DNA from: Symbiobacterium sp.
GTDB lineage: Bacteria; Bacillota; Sulfobacillia; DUSP01; DYEP01
Direction: 5' to 3'
DNA length: 60,938 bases
Assembly (NCBI GenBank): GCA_020725675.1
Contig: DYEP01000119.1
Span: forward strand, 1-60,938
In this document: positions 37,378-45,475 of the stretch, in pieces
Numbering within the stretch: position 1 is the stretch's first letter
Layout: the number at the start of each line of letters is the position of its first letter
The notes under the pieces: model-generated
Told to the model about the DNA's origin: nothing
Seen by the model: the letters and a program-made list of their open reading frames with translations, nothing else
The model's database searches: none
Position numbers and translations under genes: made by a program

Positions 37378-38247
37378 ATGATTGCGTCAGAAGGGAGGAA
37401 CACCTTTGGGGTAGACAACGAATACGGCAGGCTGCTTCACGTGGCGTTATGTGTGCCTTTACACTTTCGTATTGAAACTGCGATCAATGAAATTCAAAAG
37501 AAATTCTTAGAATCCGAAAAGCCAGACGCTGTTCGGGCGGCTTCTGAGCACTCTGTGTTCTCCAGTCACCTTGAGGCACTTGGCGTGAACGTGCTTCAGA
37601 TACCCCCGGCAAAAACCCTTCCATATCAGGTGAACACGAGGGACATCGGCGTGTCTGGGCCCGAGGGCGTAGTACTGGGCAAGTTCAGGCTTGACATAAG
37701 GCGGGGCGAAACAGAGGTTGCTGAGCGAGCTTTATCGGAGGCTAACATTCCTATCGTGGGCAGAACGACGCGCTGCTTCGAAGGCGGGGACTTTGTATAC
37801 ATAGGTCCTGGTAAGGCGGCGCTAGGTGTGGGAGTCAGGACGGATCCGGATGTTGTGGAAGAACTCTCTCGCCTGCTTGATGTTGACATTGTGACTGTCT
37901 CTTTTCCGGAAGAATTCCTTCACCTTGACATGGTATTCAACTGTGTTGCGCCAGGTGTTTGTGTACGCTGCCCTGAGGCTTTACCCGCCGATTTCCTCTC
38001 CTACATTGATGCGCTCGGATTTGATTCCATCGAGGTGACAAAGGAGGACGTATTTGACCATGCATGTAACCTCCTTGCGGTCGCTCCGTTTCACGTGGTC
38101 GCACCAAGGGAACATCCGTATGTGACAAGTGCTCTGCGTGCTCGCGGAATCCGTGTGGATGTGATCGACCTCACGGAAATCACAAAGAGCGGGGGAGGAC
38201 CTCGCTGCATTTCTTTCCCCATCGCTCGCGACCCTAACGTTGTCTGA
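37378..38247 (+). CDS. Guanidino-group-modifying-enzyme superfamily protein (DDAH / arginine deiminase / amidinotransferase-like)
   Basis: N-terminal EYGRL..V., FEGGDF, HLD, and a C-terminal nucleophile context GGGPRCIS. Confidence 0.7.
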   Translation: MIASEGRNTFGVDNEYGRLLHVALCVPLHFRIETAINEIQKKFLESEKPDAVRAASEHSVFSSHLEALGVNVLQIPPAKTLPYQVNTRDIGVSGPEGVVLGKFRLDIRRGETEVAERALSEANIPIVGRTTRCFEGGDFVYIGPGKAALGVGVRTDPDVVEELSRLLDVDIVTVSFPEEFLHLDMVFNCVAPGVCVRCPEALPADFLSYIDALGFDSIEVTKEDVFDHACNLLAVAPFHVVAPREHPYVTSALRARGIRVDVIDLTEITKSGGGPRCISFPIARDPNVV

Positions 38248-38330
38248 ACAAAGGGGGTGAGGACAGAACAGGCGCATCCAGGTGACAGCGTATGTTTTCC
38301 ATCATGGCCGCAATCAATGGAGGTGATTCA

Positions 38331-39689
38331 ATGGACAAAGGTAAAGGTGGTTACAAAGTAGACCCGGCTCGCTTTTGGAAGTTCTTGATTCCATCTCTTA
38401 TCGGTGTGTTCATCTATATCGTGCCTCTTCCATGGAAGGGCGCGTTCAGCATCGTCGTGGGAATGATGGCCGACACGTTGGAAAAGACCTTCTCTGATGT
38501 AGTCCCTTACTTCATTACAACGGTAATCTGTATATCTGCCCTTATGGCGCTCTTTACCCGCCTGGCAAAACCCAAGGCTATTCTCGACAATCCCTACCTG
38601 AACAAGCTGTTCAACACAACGCCGTTCTGGCTTACCTTCCGGTGCGTAGGCGCGGTGTTTGCAGTTATGACATTGTTTAAGATCGGACCTGAGTTTATCT
38701 GGCACGCCGACACGGGCGGTCTCATGCTTCATGTGCTACTTCAGGTACTCACATTCTGGTTCCTGGCCGCGGGCTTTTTCCTGCCGCTGCTTATGGATTT
38801 TGGAGCCATGGACTATGTAGGCACGCTACTGCGGCCCGCATTCCGACCTCTGTTTACCATTCCGGGGAGATCTGCTATCGACGCTACAGCATCTTTCATT
38901 GGCAGCGCGCCTATCGGCGTGGTGATCACTAACCGCCAATACGTCGGCGGATTTTACACGCTAAGAGAAGCAGCCGTCATTGCGACGTGCTTTTCAATCG
39001 TATCGCTGCCCTTTAATCTGGTTGTGGCCGGATTCCTCGGCCTTATGCACGTGTTCCCCAAGTGGTATCTGACGGTAGTGATCGTCACCGTGGTGAACGC
39101 AATTATCCTTCCGAGGATCTACCCCCTCAGCAAGAAGCCGGACACCTACCACCCGGTAGCAGGGAAACGTGTTGAAGAGGAAATCCCTGCGGGCATCAGC
39201 ATGAATGAGTGGGCGCTGCAGAACGCAATGAAGAGGGCTGACGAGGTAGAGTCCTGGGTACACATACCGAGAGAAGGCATAAAGATCGTGCTGGATGTGT
39301 GGTTTGGTGTGGAGCCTCTGGTCATGGCCTGGGGTACGATCGCTCTGGTGATTGCAGAGTTTACCCCGTTCTTCAACTGGATCTCTACTCCATTTGCCTA
39401 TTACTTACAGCTTTTGCAGGTACCTGAAGCAGTGGCAGCTGCACCGGCAGCTCTTGTGGGATTTGCTGACATGTTCCTCCCTGCTATCCTTATCAAGGGG
39501 CTGCCTGAGCTCACCCGATTTATCCTGGGCGTACTGTCTATTACCCAGCTCATCTACATGACGGAAGTGGGTGCCATTCTGCTTCAGTCTGATATGAAGA
39601 TCTCGTTGTGGGACCTCGTGGTCATATTCCTCGAAAGAACCATCATATCGCTGCCCCTCATCACACTCGCCGCAGCGATACTGCTTTAA
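38331..39689 (+). CDS. YjiH-family membrane transporter (nucleoside-recognition/Gate domain)
   Basis: ATG lies 5 nt after GGAGGTGA. The protein is polytopic. The N-terminus ...FWKFLIPSLIGVFIYIVPL is typical of the YjiH/YjiG-type family. Confidence 0.65.
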   Translation: MDKGKGGYKVDPARFWKFLIPSLIGVFIYIVPLPWKGAFSIVVGMMADTLEKTFSDVVPYFITTVICISALMALFTRLAKPKAILDNPYLNKLFNTTPFWLTFRCVGAVFAVMTLFKIGPEFIWHADTGGLMLHVLLQVLTFWFLAAGFFLPLLMDFGAMDYVGTLLRPAFRPLFTIPGRSAIDATASFIGSAPIGVVITNRQYVGGFYTLREAAVIATCFSIVSLPFNLVVAGFLGLMHVFPKWYLTVVIVTVVNAIILPRIYPLSKKPDTYHPVAGKRVEEEIPAGISMNEWALQNAMKRADEVESWVHIPREGIKIVLDVWFGVEPLVMAWGTIALVIAEFTPFFNWISTPFAYYLQLLQVPEAVAAAPAALVGFADMFLPAILIKGLPELTRFILGVLSITQLIYMTEVGAILLQSDMKISLWDLVVIFLERTIISLPLITLAAAILL

Positions 39690-40134
39690 AGGTGCGCCGC
39701 GCCACACCTTCCTTGATTTGCTGGGAAGTGAGGCGCGGCTAACATTTTTCTAGTCTTCCACCAGCGCTTATGTTATCATATATATATGCTATTGCATCTG
39801 AGGCAAACCGCAGTGAGGTGAAAGATGGGTCTGCACCGCAATGGAAATTGCGTGCCGCAAGAATCCGCGGAACACGCCTTTCCATTCAAGGGACGGATAC
39901 TTTTGCCAAACCCGTTCACTTTCGGTCAGGGCTACCCCTGGCCATTTCGTCCTTGATATAGTCACGTTACTCAGGCGATGTGCCTGGACTGTACTGATAG
40001 CCTGCCAGTTCCAGGCCACCACTTTTTAAAAACTCCGACTGGCAACAACGGATCTCGGAGCCCTGGCACTTCGGCGCTCACGCATCCGGGGCAACGTGGA
40101 AGCCAAAGAGACCATTACTGGGGAGGGACACCAT

Positions 40135-41844
40135 GTGTCCATCAGTGTGCAAGAAGCCATGTTGCTTGAGCCTTTTCGTAGGGCTCGATTGATTGCAGGG
40201 CGGGGCGGATTGGACCGGCTGATCAGGTCTGTTACGGTCATGGATACGCCCGACATCGCCAACTGGCTTAAAGGTAACGAACTGCTACTTAGTAACATAT
40301 TCGTCATCCGCGACGATCCCAAGGCTCAGGTCGCCCTAATCAAAGAGATTGTAAATAAGGGTGCTGCGGCGTTGGGTATAAAGCTGAAGCGGTATGTTGA
40401 CAGCATTCCGCAGGAAATGATCGAACTGGCAGACGAACTCTGTCTTCCCATTATTGAAATGCCTGTAGATGTTGCATGGATCGACGTAATCACACCGGTT
40501 CTCGGCGAGGTCTTGAACAGGCAGCTTGCAGCGCTGGAGCGATCTGAAGAGATCCACCGCAGATTTACATCCACAGTGTTAAAAGGGGGAGGTCTATCAG
40601 CCATCGCAGAAAACCTGGCCGAACTGATCCAGCGTTCGGTGACGATTACTGACTCAGTGTTCACTGTGTTGGCAGAAGCCTCCAGCGGGGTTACACCTTT
40701 GGATGATTTGGCAAGCCAACTTGATGGAGCCAATGAAGTAAAGACGCAGCTTGGGCACAGCTTCTTTCGGGTAAATCTAGATGGCGTCGACTGTCTATGC
40801 TTTCCAGTAAAAGCGGAGCAGGACCTTTACGGCTACCTGCTCGTGTGGTTGCCCAGTGAGGGGGAGCTGACCGAACGAGACATGGTCGCCATAGAACACG
40901 GGCTCACTGTCACCGCTCTGGAGATGGTGAAACGCCAGGCGGTCTCAGAAGTGGCGCGGAGATTCCAGAATAATTTTATCCTGGATCTTCTCACAGGCAA
41001 CATGGAGTCCCGCGAGACAGTGATAGCCAGGGGCAGGTCTTTTGGCTGGAATCTTGAGGTGCCATACTGGCTTATGATACTCGATATTGATGAGTTTGAA
41101 CAATTCTACCTGAATCATACAAGAGCCGACGATCATCGGGCACAAAGAGTTCGGGAACAATTCGTCAGTAGCGTAAGAAGGGCGCTTGTGGATGAAGGAT
41201 TCGGCAAAGACGCTATGGCGATGGATCTGAGCGACAGCGTAACTGTACTGTTGCCCAAGAAGGATGAACGCTGTGATTGTAAAAGTATTGCGTTAAGGAT
41301 AAAAAACCGTGTGACTCGCGACCTGAAGGAAGTCACGGTCTCAGCTGGAATAGGCCGCTTCTACCCGGATATTATGGACCTAAAGCGCTCATACAGGGAA
41401 GCTAAGCAAGCGTTGACCTTGGGGCGTGCGGTTTGGGGGAGAAACTCGGTGATCCACTTCGATGACCTTGGTGCGTACCGGGTGCTTTGCTCCATAACCG
41501 ACCGCGAAGAGTTGGTGGCATTTCATCGCGAGACCATCGCGCCCCTGGTTCAATATGACGAAAAAACAGACAGCGACCTTATTCGAACTCTCGAAACGTA
41601 CTTTAGCTGCCAGGAGAATATCAAGACTACGGCGGAGAAGATGTTTATCCACCCGAACACCGTGCGCTATAGACTGAACAGAATTTCAGAATTGGTGGGC
41701 CTTTCGCTGGATAAGAGCGAGGACCGGCTGAATCTCCAAATAGGGTTGAAGGTGCACCGCTTGCTCGGCGGCAAGCCCCGTGCCTTGTCACACTTCACTA
41801 AGCAGGAAGGGGAATCTTTGACGATCAGCACAAAGGAAGCTTGA
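40135..41844 (+). CDS. PucR-family transcriptional regulator
   Basis: N-terminus VSISVQEAMLLEPFRRARLIAGRGGLDRLIRSVTVMD. C-terminal HTH ...TAEKMFIHPNTVRYRLNRI. GTG at 40135 follows GGGGAGGG; the ORF-track GTG at 40096 is the alternative. Confidence 0.82.
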   Translation: MSISVQEAMLLEPFRRARLIAGRGGLDRLIRSVTVMDTPDIANWLKGNELLLSNIFVIRDDPKAQVALIKEIVNKGAAALGIKLKRYVDSIPQEMIELADELCLPIIEMPVDVAWIDVITPVLGEVLNRQLAALERSEEIHRRFTSTVLKGGGLSAIAENLAELIQRSVTITDSVFTVLAEASSGVTPLDDLASQLDGANEVKTQLGHSFFRVNLDGVDCLCFPVKAEQDLYGYLLVWLPSEGELTERDMVAIEHGLTVTALEMVKRQAVSEVARRFQNNFILDLLTGNMESRETVIARGRSFGWNLEVPYWLMILDIDEFEQFYLNHTRADDHRAQRVREQFVSSVRRALVDEGFGKDAMAMDLSDSVTVLLPKKDERCDCKSIALRIKNRVTRDLKEVTVSAGIGRFYPDIMDLKRSYREAKQALTLGRAVWGRNSVIHFDDLGAYRVLCSITDREELVAFHRETIAPLVQYDEKTDSDLIRTLETYFSCQENIKTTAEKMFIHPNTVRYRLNRISELVGLSLDKSEDRLNLQIGLKVHRLLGGKPRALSHFTKQEGESLTISTKEA

Positions 41845-41883
41845 ACGCAGTTCAAGAACAAGAACACAGTTTTCTTTTTTTAT

Positions 41884-43080
41884 TTGCAGAACTGGGGGTT
41901 GGAGTTGTTGAACTGGGACAAGTACGTTTCAAAGGCTAGCGCAGGGCTTTTGGAATTTGGTATAAGGAAGATATTCGAGGCAGCGCAGAAGCTCGAGGCG
42001 CAGGGCTCTCGCATTATCCACCTTGAACTCGGAAGGCCCGATTTTGATACGCCGTGCCACATAAAGAATGCTGCTATCTCAGCGTTAGAGGCTGGTGAGG
42101 TGCACTACACTTCAAATTGGGGCTTGCCTGCCCTGAGGGAAGCCATCGCATCGTATGTCCAACGCAAGACAGGAGTGAGCTACAACCCGCATACCGAGAC
42201 CCTCGTAACCGTAGGCGGCAGCGAAGCCGTGTTTCTTGCATTTGCAGCCCTGCTAGACCCGGGGGATGAAGTGCTAGTGGGCGTTCCCGCATATCCCACT
42301 TACCTGAACGTACCTCAATTCTTTGGAGCACGGGTGGTATCGTTTGAGTGCCCTGTGCACCTGAATTTTGCGCCCGACCCCGACGACATAAGGAAGAAGG
42401 TTTCAGAGAGGACCAAACTCCTGGTGCTTAACACCCCAAACAATCCGACAGGCAGCGTATACCCAGCCGATGTCCTGGAGGAACTGTGCCGCATTGCGTG
42501 TGAGAACGACCTCATCGTGCTGTCAGATGAAATATATTGCGAGCTGGTTTACGAAGGCACACATGTTTCGCCGGTAGTCTTTCCCGGAATGAGACAGCGC
42601 ACGATTATACTGAACGGACTGTCAAAGACCTATTCCATGACTGGCTGGCGAGTGGGATACGCTGTGGGGCCTGCTGCGCTCCTTACGCCCATGTACAAGG
42701 TGCACCAATATAACACCGCGTGCGCTCCATCGTTCTGCCAGATCGGCGCAATAACCGCGCTTACATCCGACCAAAGCTGCGTGGATGTTATGCGAAACGA
42801 GTTCAAGCGCAGGCGAGACTTGATCACGTCCTACCTGAATCAGGTCAAGGGTTTCACTGCGCCCACTCCGCAGGGAGCGTTCTACGCGTTTCCCAGGGTC
42901 TCGGTCCCCAACATGAGCGATGTGGATGTCGCCTTTTATCTGCTTGAGAAGGCAGGAGTAGCTCTTGTACCGGGAAGCTTTTTTGGTGCTCCCGGGTTCC
43001 TGAGATTGTCATATGCCAGTTCTACGGAAAACCTAAAGAGCGCTGGAGAAAGGATCATCGAGGCGATGGCCCAGTTGTAA
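41884..43080 (+). CDS. Class I/II pyridoxal-phosphate aminotransferase (aspartate aminotransferase-like)
   Basis: LNTPNNPTG and SKTYSMTGWRVGY (PLP Lys). The start is uncertain among in-frame TTGs at 41884-41908. Confidence 0.85.
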   Translation: MQNWGLELLNWDKYVSKASAGLLEFGIRKIFEAAQKLEAQGSRIIHLELGRPDFDTPCHIKNAAISALEAGEVHYTSNWGLPALREAIASYVQRKTGVSYNPHTETLVTVGGSEAVFLAFAALLDPGDEVLVGVPAYPTYLNVPQFFGARVVSFECPVHLNFAPDPDDIRKKVSERTKLLVLNTPNNPTGSVYPADVLEELCRIACENDLIVLSDEIYCELVYEGTHVSPVVFPGMRQRTIILNGLSKTYSMTGWRVGYAVGPAALLTPMYKVHQYNTACAPSFCQIGAITALTSDQSCVDVMRNEFKRRRDLITSYLNQVKGFTAPTPQGAFYAFPRVSVPNMSDVDVAFYLLEKAGVALVPGSFFGAPGFLRLSYASSTENLKSAGERIIEAMAQL

Positions 43081-43131
43081 AATGTCTGCAGGCGACCTTT
43101 GGTCAAAGACTGAAAAGCACGCAAAATTCCG

Positions 43132-43164
43132 GCATCGGGTAGTAAACCCGATGCTTCCTTTTTG
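43132..43164 (+). terminator. Intrinsic terminator after the aminotransferase
   Basis: GCATCGGGT-AGTAA-ACCCGATGC followed by TTCCTTTTTG. Confidence 0.7.
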
Positions 43165-43532
43165 CGAGGAGATCCGCACTTGATGTTGACACTTACTGCC
43201 CGGGCCACTTGTGGGCGCCCTGGCAGTCTGCGTACCTCTTTGAAAAACAAGGTGGGGAGATGTATGACACCAGCCAGGTAGGGCTATTACTGTCAAGTGG
43301 GTGAAGAAGGAAAGATCCACACTTACAATAATATCCTGAGGAATGTGCAAGGTGCACAGACTGAGCTTGTTGCGCCCTCTGGCAACCTGCGCGTTACCAT
43401 GCAGCCACCCACCACGAGTGGGATAGCACGGAAAGACAGGCTCTCTCGTTGGTTCGTGCAGGGAACCGGCTTGAACTGTCGAATGCATAACGCGGAAGGC
43501 ACGCAACCAGGCAAGCAGGCAGGTGGTACTAT

Positions 43533-44804
43533 CTGATCGCTGAAGTTATTACGGTTGGTACTGAGCTTTTGCTCGGTCAAATCATAAACACGAACGCAAA
43601 GTGGATAAGTGAACGGCTGGCCGAGATTGGCGTAGATGTTTACTACCACGTCACTGTGGGCGACAATAAAGGACGGCTCCGAGCGGCGGTTGAGGCGGCA
43701 ATGCAGAGGGCTGACTGTATCTTAGTCACGGGCGGTCTCGGTCCTACTGCGGATGACATCACTCGAGAGACAGTAGCCGAATTGTTGGGCAGGGAACTCC
43801 GTGAGGATGCATGTGTTCTGGCAAGCATACAGAGGCGCTTTACCGCCCGTGGTAGAGTGATGACTCCAAACAACAGAAAACAGGCATTGCTACTGGAAGG
43901 CGCGAAGGTGATAGAGAACCCAAACGGTACCGCGCCAGGGCAGATCATAGAGCATAGGGGACGCAGCATCGTGCTTTTGCCGGGGCCGCCCTCAGAGCTT
44001 CAGCCGATGTTTACCCGATGTATCATGCCATATTTGTGTGAGCGTATGGGGCAACGCGCCGTCATTGTGTCTCGCGTCGTAAGGATTTGCGGCCCCGGAG
44101 AATCCGTTGTGGAAGAAAAGGTAAAGGACTTGCTCGCCGGAGAAAACCCAACAGTGGCACCGTACGCTTCTTTGGGAGAGGTACAGCTCAGAGTGACAGC
44201 GAAGGCGCACGACAGGGCAGCGGCTTCTCAGTTGATCGAAGGTACAGTCCATGAGATCTGCTGTCGTCTGGGCGGGGACGTGTATGGTTTCGATAACGAG
44301 GACTTGGTTTCACTGTGCAGCCGGTTGCTCACTGAGAAAGGTCTTACACTGGCGATTGCAGAATCATGTACGGGCGGCCTTCTCGCGTCGCGGCTCACGT
44401 CGATCGCCGGCGCCTCCTCGTTCTTTTTCGGGTGCGTAGTAGCATACGACAACAGTGCGAAAAGGGACATACTTGGTGTGCCTTCATCTGTGCTTGAGAG
44501 CTTCGGGGCGGTGAGCGCCGAGTGCGCCGTACTCATGGCTCAACAGGCGCGTGCACGGCTAATGACAGATATCGGTATCGCCATCACGGGCATATCGGGA
44601 CCAGAGGGGGGCACGGCTAACAAGCCCGTGGGTACCACATTTATCGCCCTTTGTGCACCGGAGGGTACGCTAGTGGTGAAAGATCGCTTTCTTGGGGAAC
44701 GTAACCAAAACCGGGAATGGGCGGTAGTTCGCGCACTGGACACATTGCGCAGATACCTGACACTGCAGGAGATCCCAGGCCGATTGTCGAACGTGTGGCA
44801 ATGA
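43533..44804 (+). CDS. cinA: Competence/damage-inducible protein CinA (MoCF-binding domain plus NMN deamidase-type C-terminal domain)
   Basis: The conserved N-terminus (L)IAEVITVGTELLLGQIINTN is encoded upstream of the first canonical start (TTG 43569). The frame is open only from 43491 and has no ATG/GTG/TTG before 43569. CTG at 43533 lies 6 nt after AGGTGG; ATC at 43536 is the alternative. Also GGLGPTADD and ESCTGG. Confidence 0.85.
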   Translation: MIAEVITVGTELLLGQIINTNAKWISERLAEIGVDVYYHVTVGDNKGRLRAAVEAAMQRADCILVTGGLGPTADDITRETVAELLGRELREDACVLASIQRRFTARGRVMTPNNRKQALLLEGAKVIENPNGTAPGQIIEHRGRSIVLLPGPPSELQPMFTRCIMPYLCERMGQRAVIVSRVVRICGPGESVVEEKVKDLLAGENPTVAPYASLGEVQLRVTAKAHDRAAASQLIEGTVHEICCRLGGDVYGFDNEDLVSLCSRLLTEKGLTLAIAESCTGGLLASRLTSIAGASSFFFGCVVAYDNSAKRDILGVPSSVLESFGAVSAECAVLMAQQARARLMTDIGIAITGISGPEGGTANKPVGTTFIALCAPEGTLVVKDRFLGERNQNREWAVVRALDTLRRYLTLQEIPGRLSNVWQ

Positions 44805-44842
44805 CAGGACAGGCTTTTGGGAATTGAAGGGAGTGTAGCCAG

Positions 44843-45415
44843 CTGGCTGCAGAGAAAGTCATACGGGTTTTTATCGCCTGTGCGTTAAGCGACAGTGCCA
44901 GGGAAAGGGTGGCCGAGATGATTACCGGCCTTTCCCGCTTGGAGAGAGATTTCCGGTGGGTACCGCCCGAAAACCTTCACATTACGCTGAAGTTCCTGGG
45001 GGATGTGAAACCCGAAGATATTTCGGCTGTAACCGATGCAATCCGGAACGTGGCGCGCGGCAAGCGGCCATTCATGGTTACAATCGGGAACGTATCGGCA
45101 TTTCCTTCTCCCGCAAACCCGCGTATCATCTGGGTGGGTGTTACGGAGGGCACCGAGGCTCTGCGCTCACTCGCTGGCGAAGTGGACAACGCGCTGTCCC
45201 AACTTGGGTTTCCGCGAGAGACGCGCCCATTCACCGGTCACATCACAATTGGCCGGAGGCGGTCGCACAGCAATCACAGTGGTATGCGCAACAGACTCCC
45301 TTTGGATGTGCCCAGAATCAGTTCGTTCGTAGTGTCTTCAGTGGAGGTCATGAGAAGCGTCCTCGGACCGGGTGCTCCCACCTACTCTGTGATCTCCAGC
45401 GCGAAACTTGAATGA
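44843..45415 (+). CDS. thpR: RNA 2',3'-cyclic phosphodiesterase (2H phosphoesterase, ThpR/LigT)
   Basis: Two HxTxK-type motifs (HITLKF, HITIGR). The conserved first strand IRVFIAC lies upstream of the first canonical start (GTG 44909). The frame opens at 44828 with no ATG/GTG/TTG before 44909. CTG at 44843 lies 9 nt after AAGGGAG; ATA at 44861 is the alternative. Confidence 0.78.
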   Translation: MAAEKVIRVFIACALSDSARERVAEMITGLSRLERDFRWVPPENLHITLKFLGDVKPEDISAVTDAIRNVARGKRPFMVTIGNVSAFPSPANPRIIWVGVTEGTEALRSLAGEVDNALSQLGFPRETRPFTGHITIGRRRSHSNHSGMRNRLPLDVPRISSFVVSSVEVMRSVLGPGAPTYSVISSAKLE

Positions 45416-45475
45416 GACAAGCAGGAGTGCTATACTAGTGCTGTTAATATTTACCAGCAGGGAGGGAGGACCGGA

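Noticed and set aside
39789-40022. 77-aa Trp-rich minus-strand ORF in the gap upstream of the PucR regulator. I considered whether it is a small gene or a transposase remnant.
   Set aside because: It has a GTG start directly after a stop, no SD, no recognisable family and no flanking inverted repeats. It is kept only as part of the unexplained-intergenic finding.
43460-43505. Partial resemblance to the TPP riboswitch core (CTTGAACTGTCGAATGCATAACGCGGAAGG compared with ...TTGAACCTGATCTGGnTAATnCCAGCGTAGGGA).
   Set aside because: The P5-type hairpin and the GGGG...CTGAGA half are not present in the right arrangement. The downstream gene (cinA) also has no link to thiamine. I treat this as a chance similarity.
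43297-43536. 79-aa plus-strand ORF upstream of cinA.
   Set aside because: It has no SD and low-complexity, non-protein-like composition. It ends inside the cinA ribosome-binding region in another frame, so it is probably not coding.
43165-45475. A LexA/Cheo box (GAAC-N4-GTTC), expected upstream of cinA or recA.
   Set aside because: I scanned by eye and found only the reversed arrangement, GGTTC-N7-GAACC (a hairpin), and GAAC-N4-GAAT. There is no convincing box. A matrix search is needed before concluding that it is absent.
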